In this document: piece after piece, positions 42,201 to 54,200 of the stretch | How positions within the stretch are numbered: the first letter of the stretch is position 1 | Layout of the letters: the number at the start of each line of letters is the position of its first letter | Origin: an uncultured Candidatus Binatia bacterium | GTDB lineage: Bacteria; Desulfobacterota; Binatia; UBA9968; JAJDTQ01 | Assembly (NCBI GenBank): GCA_965242525.1 | Contig: OZ251459.1 | Span: 3,808,001 to 3,872,000 of the forward strand | DNA: 64,000 bases | Direction of reading: 5' to 3' | Program-made: the position numbers and the translations under genes | The notes under the pieces: generated by a model | Database searches by the model: none | The model's input: only the letters and a program-made list of their open reading frames with translations | What the model was told of the DNA's origin: nothing

Positions 42201-45200
42201 GTCAGGGTCACGGCGGACGGGGCGGCCACGCCGCTGTTCCCGCTCACCACCGCCGATACCGTCACTTCCTTGTCCGGCGCGTCCACCGTGTTGTCCACCG
42301 CGGTCACCGTCACCGTGCCGGTGCTCGCCGTCTCCCCTGCCGCGATGGTCAGGGTCTTCGTGCTCGACAGGCGGAAGTCGCCCGACGCCGCGTTCGTCCC
42401 CGCTGTTGCCGCCACCGTCAAGGTCACAGCCTCGCTCGACACCTGGTCCAACGTCGCCGTCACCGTGCTCGCGTTGCCCGCACCGCTCTCGTCGATGGTG
42501 TCCGGCTTCAACGCATCGGGTTCGGACAGCGCCAGGGTCACCGCCGGCGTGGCTTCGTCGTCGGTCAGCGTCAGCGCCACACCCGTAACCGTGCCCACGC
42601 CGTGGCTGTTCTGCGCCGTTCCGTTCACCGTCACCGACCGGTTGCCCACGTTGTCAATCGCGTCATTGACCGCGGTTATGGTCGCCGTGTCCGCGGCGTT
42701 CGAGGTCTCGCCAGCGGAGATCGTGATCGTCGCGTCAGCGCCCACCGTGTAGGCGCCCGCCTCGGGCTGCACGGTGATCGTGGTCGCCACGCCCGACGCA
42801 TGGCTCAGGGTTGCCGTCACCGTCGTCGCGCCGCCGTTCTCGGAGATCGAGGCGTCCGCTACGGCCAACGCCACCGTCGGCGCCGCTTCGTCGTCCTCAA
42901 TCGTCAGCGTAACGCTCGTCGGGTCAGCAACCCCACTGTCGCCGCTCACCTCCGCCGAAACGGTCACTTCCTTGTCCGGCGCGTCGACCGCGTTATCGAC
43001 CGCCGTCACCGTCACCGTGCCGGTGCTGCTGGTGTCCCCCGCCGCGATGGTGAGCGTCTTCGCGCTCGACAGTTTGAAGTCCGTCGCCGCCGCGTTGCTC
43101 CCGGCCGCCGCCGCCACCGTCAGCGTCACCGCCTCGGTCGACGCACGGTTCAGCGTGGCGGTCACTGCCGCCGCCCCTGGATTCGTCCCGTCGTGCTCGT
43201 CGATGGTCGCCGGACTCAGCGCCAGCGTCGCCATCGGCGCTCCTTCGTCGTCGGTGAGGGTGAGGCTGGCTCCGGTCACTGTCCCAACGCCTTGGCTGTT
43301 CTGCGCCGTTCCGCTCACCGTGGTCGTCCGGTTGACTACGTTGTCAATCGCGTCATCCACCGCCGTGATGGTCGCCGTGTCCGTAGCGTTCGCGGTCTCG
43401 CCAGCGGCGATCGTGATGGTCGCGTCCGAACCCACCGTGTAGGCGCCGGCCACGGCCGTTACGGTGACCGTCGTCGCCGCGCTCGACTCATGGCTCAGCG
43501 TCGCCGTCACCGTCGTCTCGCCGCCGTTCTCGGAGATCGCGCTGTCCGCCACCGCCAGCGTCACCTTCGGCTCGGCTTCGTCGTCCTCGATCGTCAAGGT
43601 CACGCTCGCCGGCGCGGCAACGCCGCTGTCCCCGCTCACCCTCGCCGAGACGGTCACCTGCTTGTCTGGCGCGTCCACTGTATTGTCCACCGCGGTCACC
43701 GTCACCGTGCCGGTGCTGCTCGTGTCCCCCGCCGCGATGGTGAGCGTCTTCGCGTTCGATAGGCTGAAGTCCCCCGACGCCGCGTTCGTCCCCGCCGTCG
43801 CCGCCACCGTCAAGGTCACAGCCTCGCTCGACGCCCGGTCCAAGGTCGCCGTCACCGTCGCGGACCCCGGGTTCATCCCGTCGTGTTCGTCGATGGTCGC
43901 ATCGCTCAGCGCCAGGGTCACCGCCGGCGTGTCTTCGTCGTCGGTCAGGGTCAACGCCGCGCTGGTCACGGCCACCGTCGCCGACTCCGCGGCAACCTGG
44001 GCGTTGGCCGCCGTTCCCGTCACCGTCACCGCACGGTCGCCCACGTTGTCCACGGCGTCGTTCACCGCCGTGATCGTCACGCTGTCCGCCGCGTTCGCCG
44101 TCTCGCCCGCCGCAATCGTGATGGTCGTGTCCGACGAATCCACCGTGTAGGCGCCGTCCACCGCCGTCACGGTGATCGTGGTGTCTTCGCTCGACGCATG
44201 GCTCAAGGTCGCGGTCACCGTCGTCGTGCCGCCGTTCTCGGAGATCGAGGCGTCCGCTACCGCCAACGCAACCGTCGGCGCCGCTTCATCGTCCTCGATG
44301 GTCAGCGTCACGTTCGTCGGGTCCGCCACCCCGCTGTCGCCGCTCACCGTCGCCGAGACCGTCACTTCCTTGTCCGGCGCGTCCGCCGTGTTATCGACCG
44401 CCGTCACCGTAACCGTGCCGGTGCTGCTCGTGTCCCCCGCCGCGATGGTGAGCGTCTTCGCGCTCGATAGGTTGAAATCCGCCGCCACCGCGTTCGTCCC
44501 GGCCGTCGCCGCCACCGTCAACGTCACAGCCTCGCTCGACACCCGGTCCAACGTCGCCGTCACCGTGCTCGAACCCGGGTTCGTACCGTCGTGCTCGTCG
44601 ATGGTGTCCGGCTTCAAGGCATCGGGTTCGGACAGCGCCAGGGTCACCGCCGGCGTGGCTTCGTCGTCGGTCAAGGTCAGCGCCGCGCCGGTCACCGCCA
44701 CCGTCTGCGACTCCGCGGCAGCCTGGGCGTTGGCCGCCGTGCCCGTCACCGTCGTCGAGCGGTTGACCACGTTGTCCACGGCGTCGTTCACCGCCGTGAT
44801 CGTCACCGTGTCCGCGGCGTTCGCCGTCTCGCCCGCTGCAATCGTGATCGTCGCGGCCGACGAATCCACGGTGTAGGCGCCCGACACCGCCTGCACGGTG
44901 ATCGTGGTCGCCGCACTCGACGCGTGGCTCAACGTCGCCGTCACCGTCGTCGTGCCGCCGTTCTCGGAGACCGCGCTGTCCGCCACCGCCAGCGTCGCCG
45001 TCGGCGCGGCTTCGTCGTCCTCGATGGTCAGCGTCACGTTCGTCGGCGCCGCCACCCCGCTGTCGCCGCTCACCACCGCCGATACCGTCACTTCCTTGTC
45101 CGGCGCGTCCACCGTGTTGTCCACCGCCGTCACCGTCACCGTGCCGGTGCTGCTCGTCTCCCCCGCCGCGATGGTCAGCGTCTTCCCGCTCGACAGGCGG

Positions 45201-48200
45201 AAGTCACCCGACGCCGCGTTCGTCCCCGCTGTCGCCGCCACCGTCAGCGTCACCGCCTCGCTCGACACCCGGTCCAAAGTTGCCGTCACCGTGCTCGCGT
45301 TGCCCGCGCCGCTCTCGTCGATGGTGTCCGGCTTCAACGCATCGGGTTCGGACAGCGCCAGGGTCACCCCCGGCGTGGCTTCGTCGTCGGTCAAGGTCAG
45401 CGCCGCACCGGTCACCGCCACCGTCGCCGACTCCGCGGCAGCCTGCGCGTTGGCCGCCGTGCCCGTCACTGTCACGGCCCGGTCGCCCACGTTGTCCACG
45501 GCGTCATCCACCGCCGTGACCGTCACCGTGTCCGCCGCGTTCGACGTCTCGCCCGCTGCGATCGTGATGGTCGCGGCCGACGAATCCACGGTGTAGGCGC
45601 CCGACACCGCCTGCACGGTGACCGTGGTCGCCACGCTCGACGCATGGCTCAGCGTCGCCGTCACCGTCGTCGTGCCGCCGTTCTCGGAGATCGAGGCGTC
45701 CGCGACCGCCAGCGCTACCGATGGCGCCGCCTCGTCGTCCTCGATCGTCAGCGTCACGCTCGTCGGATCCGCCACGCCGCTGTTCCCGCTCACCACCGCC
45801 GATACCGTCACTTCCTTGTCCGGCGCGTCCACCGTGTTGTCCACCGCGGTCACCGTCACCGTGCCGGTGCTGCCCGTCTCCCCTGCCGCGATGGTGAGCG
45901 TATTCGCGCTCGACAGCGTGAAGTCGCCATCCGCCGCGTTCGTCCCCGCAGTCGCCGCCACCGTCAACGTCACCGCTTCGCTCGACACCCGGTTCAGGGT
46001 CGCCGTCACCGTGCTCGCACCCGGATTCGTCCCGTCGTGCTCGTCGATGGTGTCCGGCTTCAACGCATCGGGTTCGGATAGCGCCAGGGTCACCGTCGGC
46101 GTATCTTCGTCGTCGGTCAAGGTCAGCGCCGCGCCGGTCACCGCCACCGTCGCCGACTCCGCAGCAGCCTGCGCGTTGACCGCCGTCCCCGTCACCGTCG
46201 TCGTGCGGTTGACCACGTTGTCGATGGCATCGTTCACGGCCGTGACCGTCGCCGTGTCCGAAGCGTTCGTCGTCTCGCCCGCGGCGATCGTGATGGTCGC
46301 GTCCGAGCCCACCGTGTAGGCCCCCGACACCGCCGTCACGGTGACCGTGGTCGCCGCGCTCGATGCATGGCTCAGCGTCGCCGTCACCGTCGTCGTGCCG
46401 CCGTTCTCGGCAATGGCGCTGTCCGCTACCGCCAACACGACCGTCGGCGCCGCTTCGTCGTCCTCGATGGTCAGGGTTACGGCGGACGGAGCGGCCACGC
46501 CGCTATTCCCGCTCACCACCGCCGAGACCGTCACTTCCTTGTCCGGAGCGTCCACCGTGTTGTCCACCGCGGTCACCGTCACCGTGCCGGTGCTCGCCGT
46601 CTCCCCCGCCGCGATGGTGAGCGTATTCGCGCTCGACAGGCGGAAGTCCCCCGACGCCGCGTTCGCCCCCGCCGTCGCCGCCACCGTCAGGGTCACCGCC
46701 GCGCTCGACGCCCGGTCCAACGTTGCGGTCACCGTGCTCGAACCCGGGTTCGTCCCGTCGTGCTCGTCGATGGTGTCCGGCTTCAAGGCGTCGGGTTCGG
46801 ACAGCGCCAGGGTCACCGCCGGCGTGTCTTCGTCGTCGGTCAGGGTCAGCGCCGCGCCGGTCACCGCCACCGTCTGCGACTCCGCGGCAGCCTGCGCGTT
46901 GACCGCCGTTCCCGTCACCGTCACGGCCCGGTCGCCCACGTTGTCCACGGCGTCGTTGACCGCCGTGATCGTCACGCTGTCCGCCGCGTTCGCCGTCTCG
47001 CCCGCCGCAATCGTGATGGTCGCGTCCGACGAATCCACGGTGTAGGCGCCCGACACCGCCGTCACAGTGATCGTCGTTGCCGCGCTCGATGCATGGCTCA
47101 GGGTTGCGGTCACCGTCGTGGTTCCGCCGTTCTCGGAGATCGAGGCGTCCGCGACCGCCAGCGCTACCGACGGCGCCGCCTCGTCGTCCTCGATCGTCAG
47201 CGTCACCCCCGCCGGCGCGGCAACGCCGCTGTCCCCGCTCACTGTTGCCGAGACGGTCACCTGTTTGTCGGGCGCGTCGACCGTGTTGTCCACCGCGGTC
47301 ACCGTTACCGTGCCGGTGCTGCTCGTGTTCCCCGCCGCGATGGTCAACGTCTTCGTGCTCGACAGGCTGAAGTCGCCCGTCGCCGCGTTCGTCCCCGCGG
47401 CCGCCGCCACCGTCAGGGTCACCGCCTCGCTCGACGCCCGGTCCAACGTCGCCGTCACCGTGCTCACGTTGCCGGCGCCGCTCTCGTTGATGGTGTCCGG
47501 GTTCGACGAATCCGGTTCGGAGAGGGCCAAGGTCGCGGTCGGCGTGGCTTCGTCGTCCGTCAGCGTCAGCGCCGCGCCGGTCACGCGGCCCGATGCGGTG
47601 GCGGTTCCCGTCACCGTCACCGACCGGTCGCCCACGTTGTCGATGGCGTCGTCCACCGCCGTGATCGTCACGCTGTCGGCCGCGTTCGACGTGGCGCCCG
47701 CGGCGATCGTGATGGTCGCGTCCGAGCCGACCGTGTAGGCCCCTGCCACCGCGGTTACCGTCACCGTCGTCGCCGCGCTCCACGCCCGGCTCAACGAGGC
47801 CGTCACCGTCGTGGTCCCGCCGTTCTCGGCAATGGCGCTATCCGCCACCGCCAGCGTCACCGCCGGCGCATCGTCGTCCAGGATCTTGCCGGTTCCGGTC
47901 GCGTTGCCGAGCGACGCGTTGGACGGGTTGCTCAGCTCCATCACCACGGTCTCGTCTGGCTCCGGCGTCGCGTCGCCGTACACCGTCACGGGGACGGTCT
48001 GCCTGGTGACCCCCGCCGCAAAGACCAGCGTCGGCTCCGGCGGAAAACCGTGGTCCGCTCCTGTCCGGTCCCGCGTCCGCAACGTCCCCACGGTCGCGGT
48101 GCCGGTCGAGTTGACGGCGACCGAGACCTGCACCCGCTGGGCGCTCGCCGGCAGCAGCGTCACCGTCCACTCCAGCGTATTCGTGTCTCCCGGCCCGCCC

Positions 48201-51200
48201 TCGGTGACGCTGGGCGCATCGATGAACAGCGTCGGCGTGGACGGGCGGTCGTCGTCGGTGATCGTCAGCGTCACGTCGTCCGGCGCGGACACCTCGGCGT
48301 TGCCCACGCTCCCCGACACGGTGACCGACTTGTCGAGCTCGGCGTCCGCGTTGTTCACCGCGGTGATCGTTACCGCGCCGGTGCTGGTGGTATCGCCCGC
48401 GGCTATGGTCAGCGTCTTGTTGGCGCTCAGGGTGAAGTCCCCGGCCTCCGCGTTGGTCCCCGCGGCCGCCGCCACCGTCACCGTGGTGGCCGCGCTCACC
48501 GCCCGGTCCAGCGTCGCCGTCACCGTCGCCGCGTTGCCGGCGCCGCTCTCGCCGATGGTAGAGGGCGTCAGGATCAGGGTCGCCTGCGGCCGGTCCGCCA
48601 CGGTCACGTCGAACGTCAGCGACGCCGCGTCTCCGTCCCCGTCGGTGGCGGTCCAGGTGTATTCGGTCTGCGCCAACGCCGCAGTCGGCGCGCCACTGAC
48701 CCGGTGGCTCGCGTCCTTGGTCACCCCGCCCGGCAATGCAGGCGAGAGGGCGTAGGATACGCTCCCGTCGCCGCCGGTGGCGGTCGGTAGCGTGAACGCG
48801 GTGATCGCCTTGCGCCGCGTCCACGACTGGTCCGGGATCGTCGCTGCGCCGAAGTCGGGCCGCCCGTTGTCCTGCACGGTGATGGTGAAGCTCCAGGTCG
48901 CCTGGTCCCCGTCCGCGTCGGTGGCGGTCCAGGCGTAGGCGGTCCTGGCCATGGCCGCAGTGGGCGCGCCTGAGAGCGTGCGGTTGTGGGTGTCCACCAC
49001 CGGCTCGTCGGGGTCGGAGGCGGCGCGCGGACTGGCGCTGCGCGCCACGCCGGCCGGCAGGGCCGGTGAGAGCGCGTAACTCAACGGGGCGTCGCCGCCG
49101 ATCGCCACCGGCAGCAGGCCGCTGACGGACTTGTACCGCGTCCACACGTGGCTCATGGGCTCGAGGCCGGTGAATGCCGGCAGGCTGTTGTCCGCCACGG
49201 TGATGGTGAAAGTAAGCTCCGCGCGGTCGCCGTCGCTGTCCGTGGCCGTCCAGGTATAGGTGGTCGCGTCCAGGGCCACGCTCGGCGCGCCGCTGATCCG
49301 GTGGCTGGCGTCCTTGGCCGCCCCGGCCGGCAGGGCGGGAGAGAGGGTGTAGGTCAGGGCGCCGTTGCCGCCGGTGGCGGCCGGCAGCGTGAACGCGGTC
49401 AGCGCCTTGTACCGCCGCCACGACTGGTTGGCCACGCTGGCCGCGCCGAAGTCAGGCGCCGCGTCGTCCTGCACCTCCAGCGTAAAGGTGAGCGTGGCCT
49501 GGTCGTCGTCCGCGTCGGTGGCGGTGAGCGTGTAGCTGGCTTGGGCCGCTACCGCGGTGGGGGCGCCGGAGAGGGTGCCGCCGGTGCTGGTTCCGGTGGG
49601 AGCCGTGTAGGAGACGCCGGCCGGCAGGGTCAGGGTGGTGACCGCGCCCGGCCCGGTCAGCGCATAGCTCAGGGCGCCGTTGCCGCCGGTGGCGGCCGGC
49701 AGCGCCACCGGGGTGATCGCTTCGTCCTTGACGTACACCTGCGCGGCGAAGGTGTCGGGTATGAACACCGGGGAGGCGTTGGCCGTGACCTCGATGGAGA
49801 AGTCGAGCGCGCCCTTGGCGCCGGTCACGCCGTCGGTGGCCTCCAGCGTGTAGGTGGCCGGCGCGGTCACGGTGGTCGGCGTGCCGGAGATGGTCCGCGA
49901 CGCCGCGGAGAACTGCAGGCCGTCCGGCAACGCCGGCCGCAGCGCGTAGCTGATGGCGCCGCGGGCGCCGGCGGCCGCGGGCAGCGCGTAACTGACGCCG
50001 GAGCCGACCGCCCAGGTCCGCGCGGACACCGTTCCGGTGAAGGCCGGCTGCGGCAGCACCCGTCCGTCCACCCGCCGGTTGGCGTCCGCGGCCACGGCCG
50101 GCAGCGTCAGGCTGGCGGTGGTGCCGCCGGGGCCGGTGATGGTGGCGCCGTTCAGGGTGAGCGCGCCGCTGCCGAAGCCGATGCCGTCGCCGTCGCGGTC
50201 GCCCGCCACCACCACGTAACGGAACCGGGTGTAGCGCTGGCTCCCGCTATGGCGTCCGGCCTGCCGCGTGCCCGCGCCGACGTCGATGGCAAGCTGCGGC
50301 GTGCCGGTAACGGTCACCGGCTTGCCCCAGTTGACCACCACGTCGATCGCGTCGCCCTTGCCGTACACGCCGCCCGCCGGCCGGCCGGCGAACCCCGCGC
50401 TCACCACGACCGGCGGGTGGTTGGCCGCGCCGTTGACGTTCGGCGTACTGGCGTTGGTGACGTAGTTCCGTATCGACCCGTGGCCGAGCGCCGCGTTCAC
50501 GCCGTACTGGTTGCGTATGGTGGCGCCGTTGAGCGCCAGCGAGTTGGCCGGCACGTCGACGCCGTTGCCGTCCGCGTCGCCGGCCTGCACCTCGTACTCG
50601 AACCGGAGCTGGGACCCGGAGGCGGAAGCGAGGTCCAGCGTCTTGGTCGAGGAACCGATGACCAGGGACAGGCGCGGCGTGCCGGTCACCGTCACGCCTT
50701 GGCTGAACTTGACGTTGACGCCGATCACCTCGTAGCGGTCGAAGGTCGATCCGCGCTGCGGCGCGCCGATCGCCAGGGATCTCACCACCGGCGGGCGGAT
50801 GGCGCCGTCCACCTTGTGGCTGGCACCGCCCCGGACGGTGAAGCCGCTAAGGTCGGTCACCGCGGGGTTGCCGTTGGCCGCGGTGTCGATCACGGCGCCG
50901 TTCAGACTCAGCCCGCTGCTGACCACGCTGACCCCGTCGGCGTCGCGGTCGGCCGCCTGCACGGTGTAGCTGAAGGCGATGCTGTTGGCGCCGGCGCCGG
51001 CGTACGCCATCTGCCGCGTGTTGGCGCCGACCAGGAGGCCCAGGGTCGGCAGGTTGGGCGCCCTGCCCGTGAAGCGGATCGGCAGGTTGAACGTGAGCGC
51101 CACGCGGATCACTTCGCCGGCGGCGTAGGTGTTGTCGGCGCCGGGCCGTGACGTGATGCTCACCCCGGACACGCTGGCCCGCCGCCCGTCCACCTTGTAC

Positions 51201-54200
51201 GCCGCGGCGGAGACGGCGTGGCTGCCGAGGCTCAGGGTCGCATTGACGCCGCCGCGGCTGATGCCGCCCAGATTCACGTCCAGCGCGCCTTGCGTGATGC
51301 CGAAGCCGTCGCCGTCGTAGTCGCCGGCCGGCACCGTGTAGCCGAACTCCAGGGTGGTGTTGGCCGGGGCGCGCTCGGTGTATTGGGAGCTGACCTTCAG
51401 GGCGGCGTGGCGGGTGTGGCTGCCGACGGTGAGCGCCAGCCGCGGCCAGCCCGGATTCCCCTGCCGGTAGGTCCGCCGGGCCGCCACCACCGCCTTGCTG
51501 AACGTCACCCGCACCCTGATCTCTTCGCCGATGCGGAAGGTGTCGCCGGTGGCCGGGCGCGAGGTGACGGCGACGCCGGTCACGATGGCCGGCGAGTTCA
51601 GGGCGCCGTTCACCTTGGCGTTGCCGGCGTTGGTGACGGCGTGGCTGCCCAGGGCGAGGGCCGCGTTGGCGCCCGCGTTGCTGCGGATGGCGCCGCTGTT
51701 GAGGGTCAGGGCGCCGCTCCGGATGCTGAGCCCGTCGGCGTCCACGTCGGCCTGTTGCACCACGTAGCGGAAGTACTGCGTGGCCGAGGTGGCGCCGGCG
51801 CGGTCGTAGGCCGCTTGGCGGGTGGCGCTGCCGATGCGCAAGGCGAGCCGCGGCGATCCGGTCACGCCCACGCCCTGGCTGAAGCGCACCGCCACTTCCA
51901 CCGTCTCGCCGCGGCTGTAGGTGTCGCCGGTGGCCGGGCGCGAGGTGATGGTTACCCCGGCCACGCTCGGCGCGCGGGTCACGCCGCCGTCCACCTTGTG
52001 CGCCGCCTGGCTGGAAAGCGTGTGGCGGCCCAAGCCGAGCACCGCGGCGTTGCCGGCGGCGTCGCGGATGGCGCCGCCGTTGAGGGTCAGGGCGCCGGCG
52101 GCGACGGCAACGCCGTCGGCGTCGCGGTCCGCGGCCTGCACGGTGTAGCGGAAGCGCACTTCGTCGCCGCTGACGCCGTAGTAGGCGGCCTGCCGCGTCA
52201 CGCCGCCCACCTGCAGCGCCAGGCGGGGCGCTCCGGTCACCACCAGGGCGGCGGCACCTTGCCGCCGGAAGCGCACCGCCACCCGGATCTCCTCGTTGCG
52301 AGCGTAGGTACTGTCCGCCGCCGGGCTGGACAGGAAGCTCAGGCCGCGCACCGTGGGACGGGCGCCGACCACCGCCAGGGTGAAGGTCACGGTGTCGGTG
52401 TCGCCGTTGGCGTCGGTCACCGTAAGCGTGTGGCGAGTGGACGGCGCCGCTACGGTGGCGGCACCGGTCAGGACCGCGGTGGCGCGGTTGAGGGACAGGC
52501 CGGCCGGCAGCGCCGGCGACACGGTGTAGGCCAGCGGCGCGTCCCCGGTGGCGGAGCGGGGCAGGGCGCAGCCCACGTGCAGCGGGCCGCAGGACGAGTG
52601 CAGCGAATAGTTCACCACCCGGTTGGTGAGCATCGACAGGTCGGGGCCGCTGGCAACGCCGAAGTCCGGCCACAGGCCGGTGCGGCTGCCGTCCACCTTG
52701 GCGGCGGCGTAGCGGGTTGCGGCGTAGCGGCTCAGGTCGAGCGCGGCGTCGGTGGCGCCGGCGTCGCGGATGGTCGCGCCGCTCGGCAACGTCAGCGCGT
52801 CGCCGGTGATGCCCAGGCCGTCGGCGTCGGTGTCCCCGGCCGCCACCGTATAGCTGAAATCGACGTAGGCGTTGCCGCTGCCCGCGGCGGCCGTGGCGGT
52901 GCGGGTCTGGCCGCCGATGGTGAGGGAGAGCCGGGGACTGCCGGCCACGGTGACCGCCTGGTCGTAACTCACCCGCGCGGTGACGACCCCGCCGCGGGTG
53001 TAGGTTCCAGCCTGCTGCGGGGTGGAGACGATGGACAGACCGGTGACCTTTGGCGGCGTGTGGACCTTGTGTTCCAACTGGTTGCCCAACGCGCGCGTGC
53101 CCAGACCGAGGGCGGCGTCAGCGCCGTGGGCGTCCTGCACGGTGGCGCCGGCCGGCAGGGTGAGGGCGTCGGCGGCCACGCTGATGCCGTCGGCGTCGTC
53201 GTCGGATACCAGCACCGTGTAGCGGAAGTGCAGACTCTTGAGATCGGCCCGGTCGAAGGCCGCCTGCCGCGTGGTGGTCCCGATGCGGATGGCCAGGCGC
53301 GGCGCGCCGGTCACCGCCAGCGTTTCCGTGAAGCCGACGCTGAGGCGGATCACGTCGCCGGCGGCGTAGCCGCTGCTCGCCACCGGCCGGGACTGGATGC
53401 CGACCGCGCGCACCGCGGGCGCGGCGTTGGCGCCGCCGTCCACCTTGTGGCTGCCGGCGGTGGCGACCGCATGGCTGCCGAGCGCCAACGAGGCGGCGAC
53501 GCCGGCGTCGCTCGACTGCACGATGCTGCCGCCGTTCAGCTCCAGGGCGCTGGCGCCGATGCCGATGCCGTCGGCGTCCCGGTCGGCCCCCTGCACGGTG
53601 TAGCTGAACACGTGGTGGTACCCGGTGAGCGACGAGGGCGATGCGTAGTAGTCGGCGTAACGGGTTCGGGCGCCGATGGACAACGCCAGCCGCGGCGTGC
53701 CGGTCCTGGTCACCGTCTCGTCGAACTTGAGGCCCACCGCGATCGTCTCGCCGGCGCCGTAGGTGTCGCCGGTCCGCGGCGAGGAGAGGAAGGTCAGCGC
53801 CGACACCTTCGGCGCGTCGGCCGCCGCCACGGTGATGGGGAAGGTGAGGGTCGTTTCGTCGCCGTCGCCGTCGGTGGCCACCCAGGTCTGCTCGCTGGCG
53901 GCGCCGGCGGCTTGCGGCGTTCCGCTGATGGTGCGGGAGGCGCTGCTGTAGGCAAGCCCGCCCGGCAGCGTGCTGGTGAGCTCGTACGAGATGCTGCCGT
54001 CGCCGGTGGCCGTGGGCAGGGTCAGCGAGGCGGCCGTGCCGGCCACGTAGTGCTGCGCCGGCACCGCGGCGCTGAACGCCGGCGCGGTGTCGCGCACCCG
54101 GTGATCGCCGTCGTTGGTGACCGCGTGGCTGCCGAGCCCCACCAGCGCCTGGCGATACGGATCGTCGCTGCCGGAGTAGGTCAGGAAGCCGCCGTTGGCG

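Noticed and set aside
38700-47870. Diversity-generating retroelement acting on the adhesin
   Set aside because: No reverse transcriptase in the window; repeat differences are not adenine-specific by inspection
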